Positions 63,964-64,000 of a stretch of DNA of 64,000 bases are shown here, in pieces. Position 1 is the first letter of the stretch, and the number at the start of each line of letters is the position of its first letter. The translations under genes were made by a program, and so were the position numbers. The DNA comes from Takakia lepidozioides (taxonomy: Eukaryota; Plantae; Bryophyta), in contig CM060731.1 in the NCBI GenBank assembly GCA_030704615.1, positions 49,414,001 through 49,478,000 on the forward strand, in the 5' to 3' direction. The notes below the pieces were generated by a model that searched no databases, was not told the origin of the DNA, and saw only the letters and a list, made by a program, of their open reading frames with translations.

Positions 63964-64000
63964 CAGCGTTTTTTCGAATTTTCGCCAGATTTCGACCTCA
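63964..64000. mobile_element. Terminus of a second copy of the 3349-3638 MITE family
   Basis: CAGCGTTTTTTCGAATTTTCGCCAGATTTCGACCTCA is essentially the reverse complement of 3595-3638 (a few internal bases missing). Confidence 0.65.

Overview
Nuclear genomic DNA from a land plant, probably a non-seed plant. Host genes sit at both edges: exon 1 of a plastid 3-dehydroquinate synthase (-), an intact two-exon L-gulonolactone-oxidase-like FAD oxidase (+), a two-exon GCK-domain gene with an acidic 18-aa repeat (+), and a 10-exon PILS auxin carrier (-). Between ~8.9 and ~52 kb lies a nest of transposons. (i) A TIR- and TSD-bounded CACTA/En-Spm element (13251-23705) carries a SET-domain ORF; the 3' end of its TnpD sits inverted outside the element. 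(ii) An 11.4-kb Mutator-like element (24374-35740, 9-bp TSD, no true TIRs) has a MULE-DDE/SWIM transposase and a divergent, intact 9-exon gene fusing a ParB/Srx-type domain to a beta-class N4/N6 DNA-methyltransferase-like domain; two of its introns hold 11 copies of a 20-bp palindrome. (iii) A decayed, divergent CACTA-like element has a TnpA-like gene containing an FCP1/NIF phosphatase-like domain and is interrupted by a mitochondrial nad5 insertion, a CACTA MITE and a gypsy gag fragment. The best candidate for a new system is the MULE-borne ParB-MTase with its palindrome array. All domain calls come from reading motifs by eye; no database search was run.
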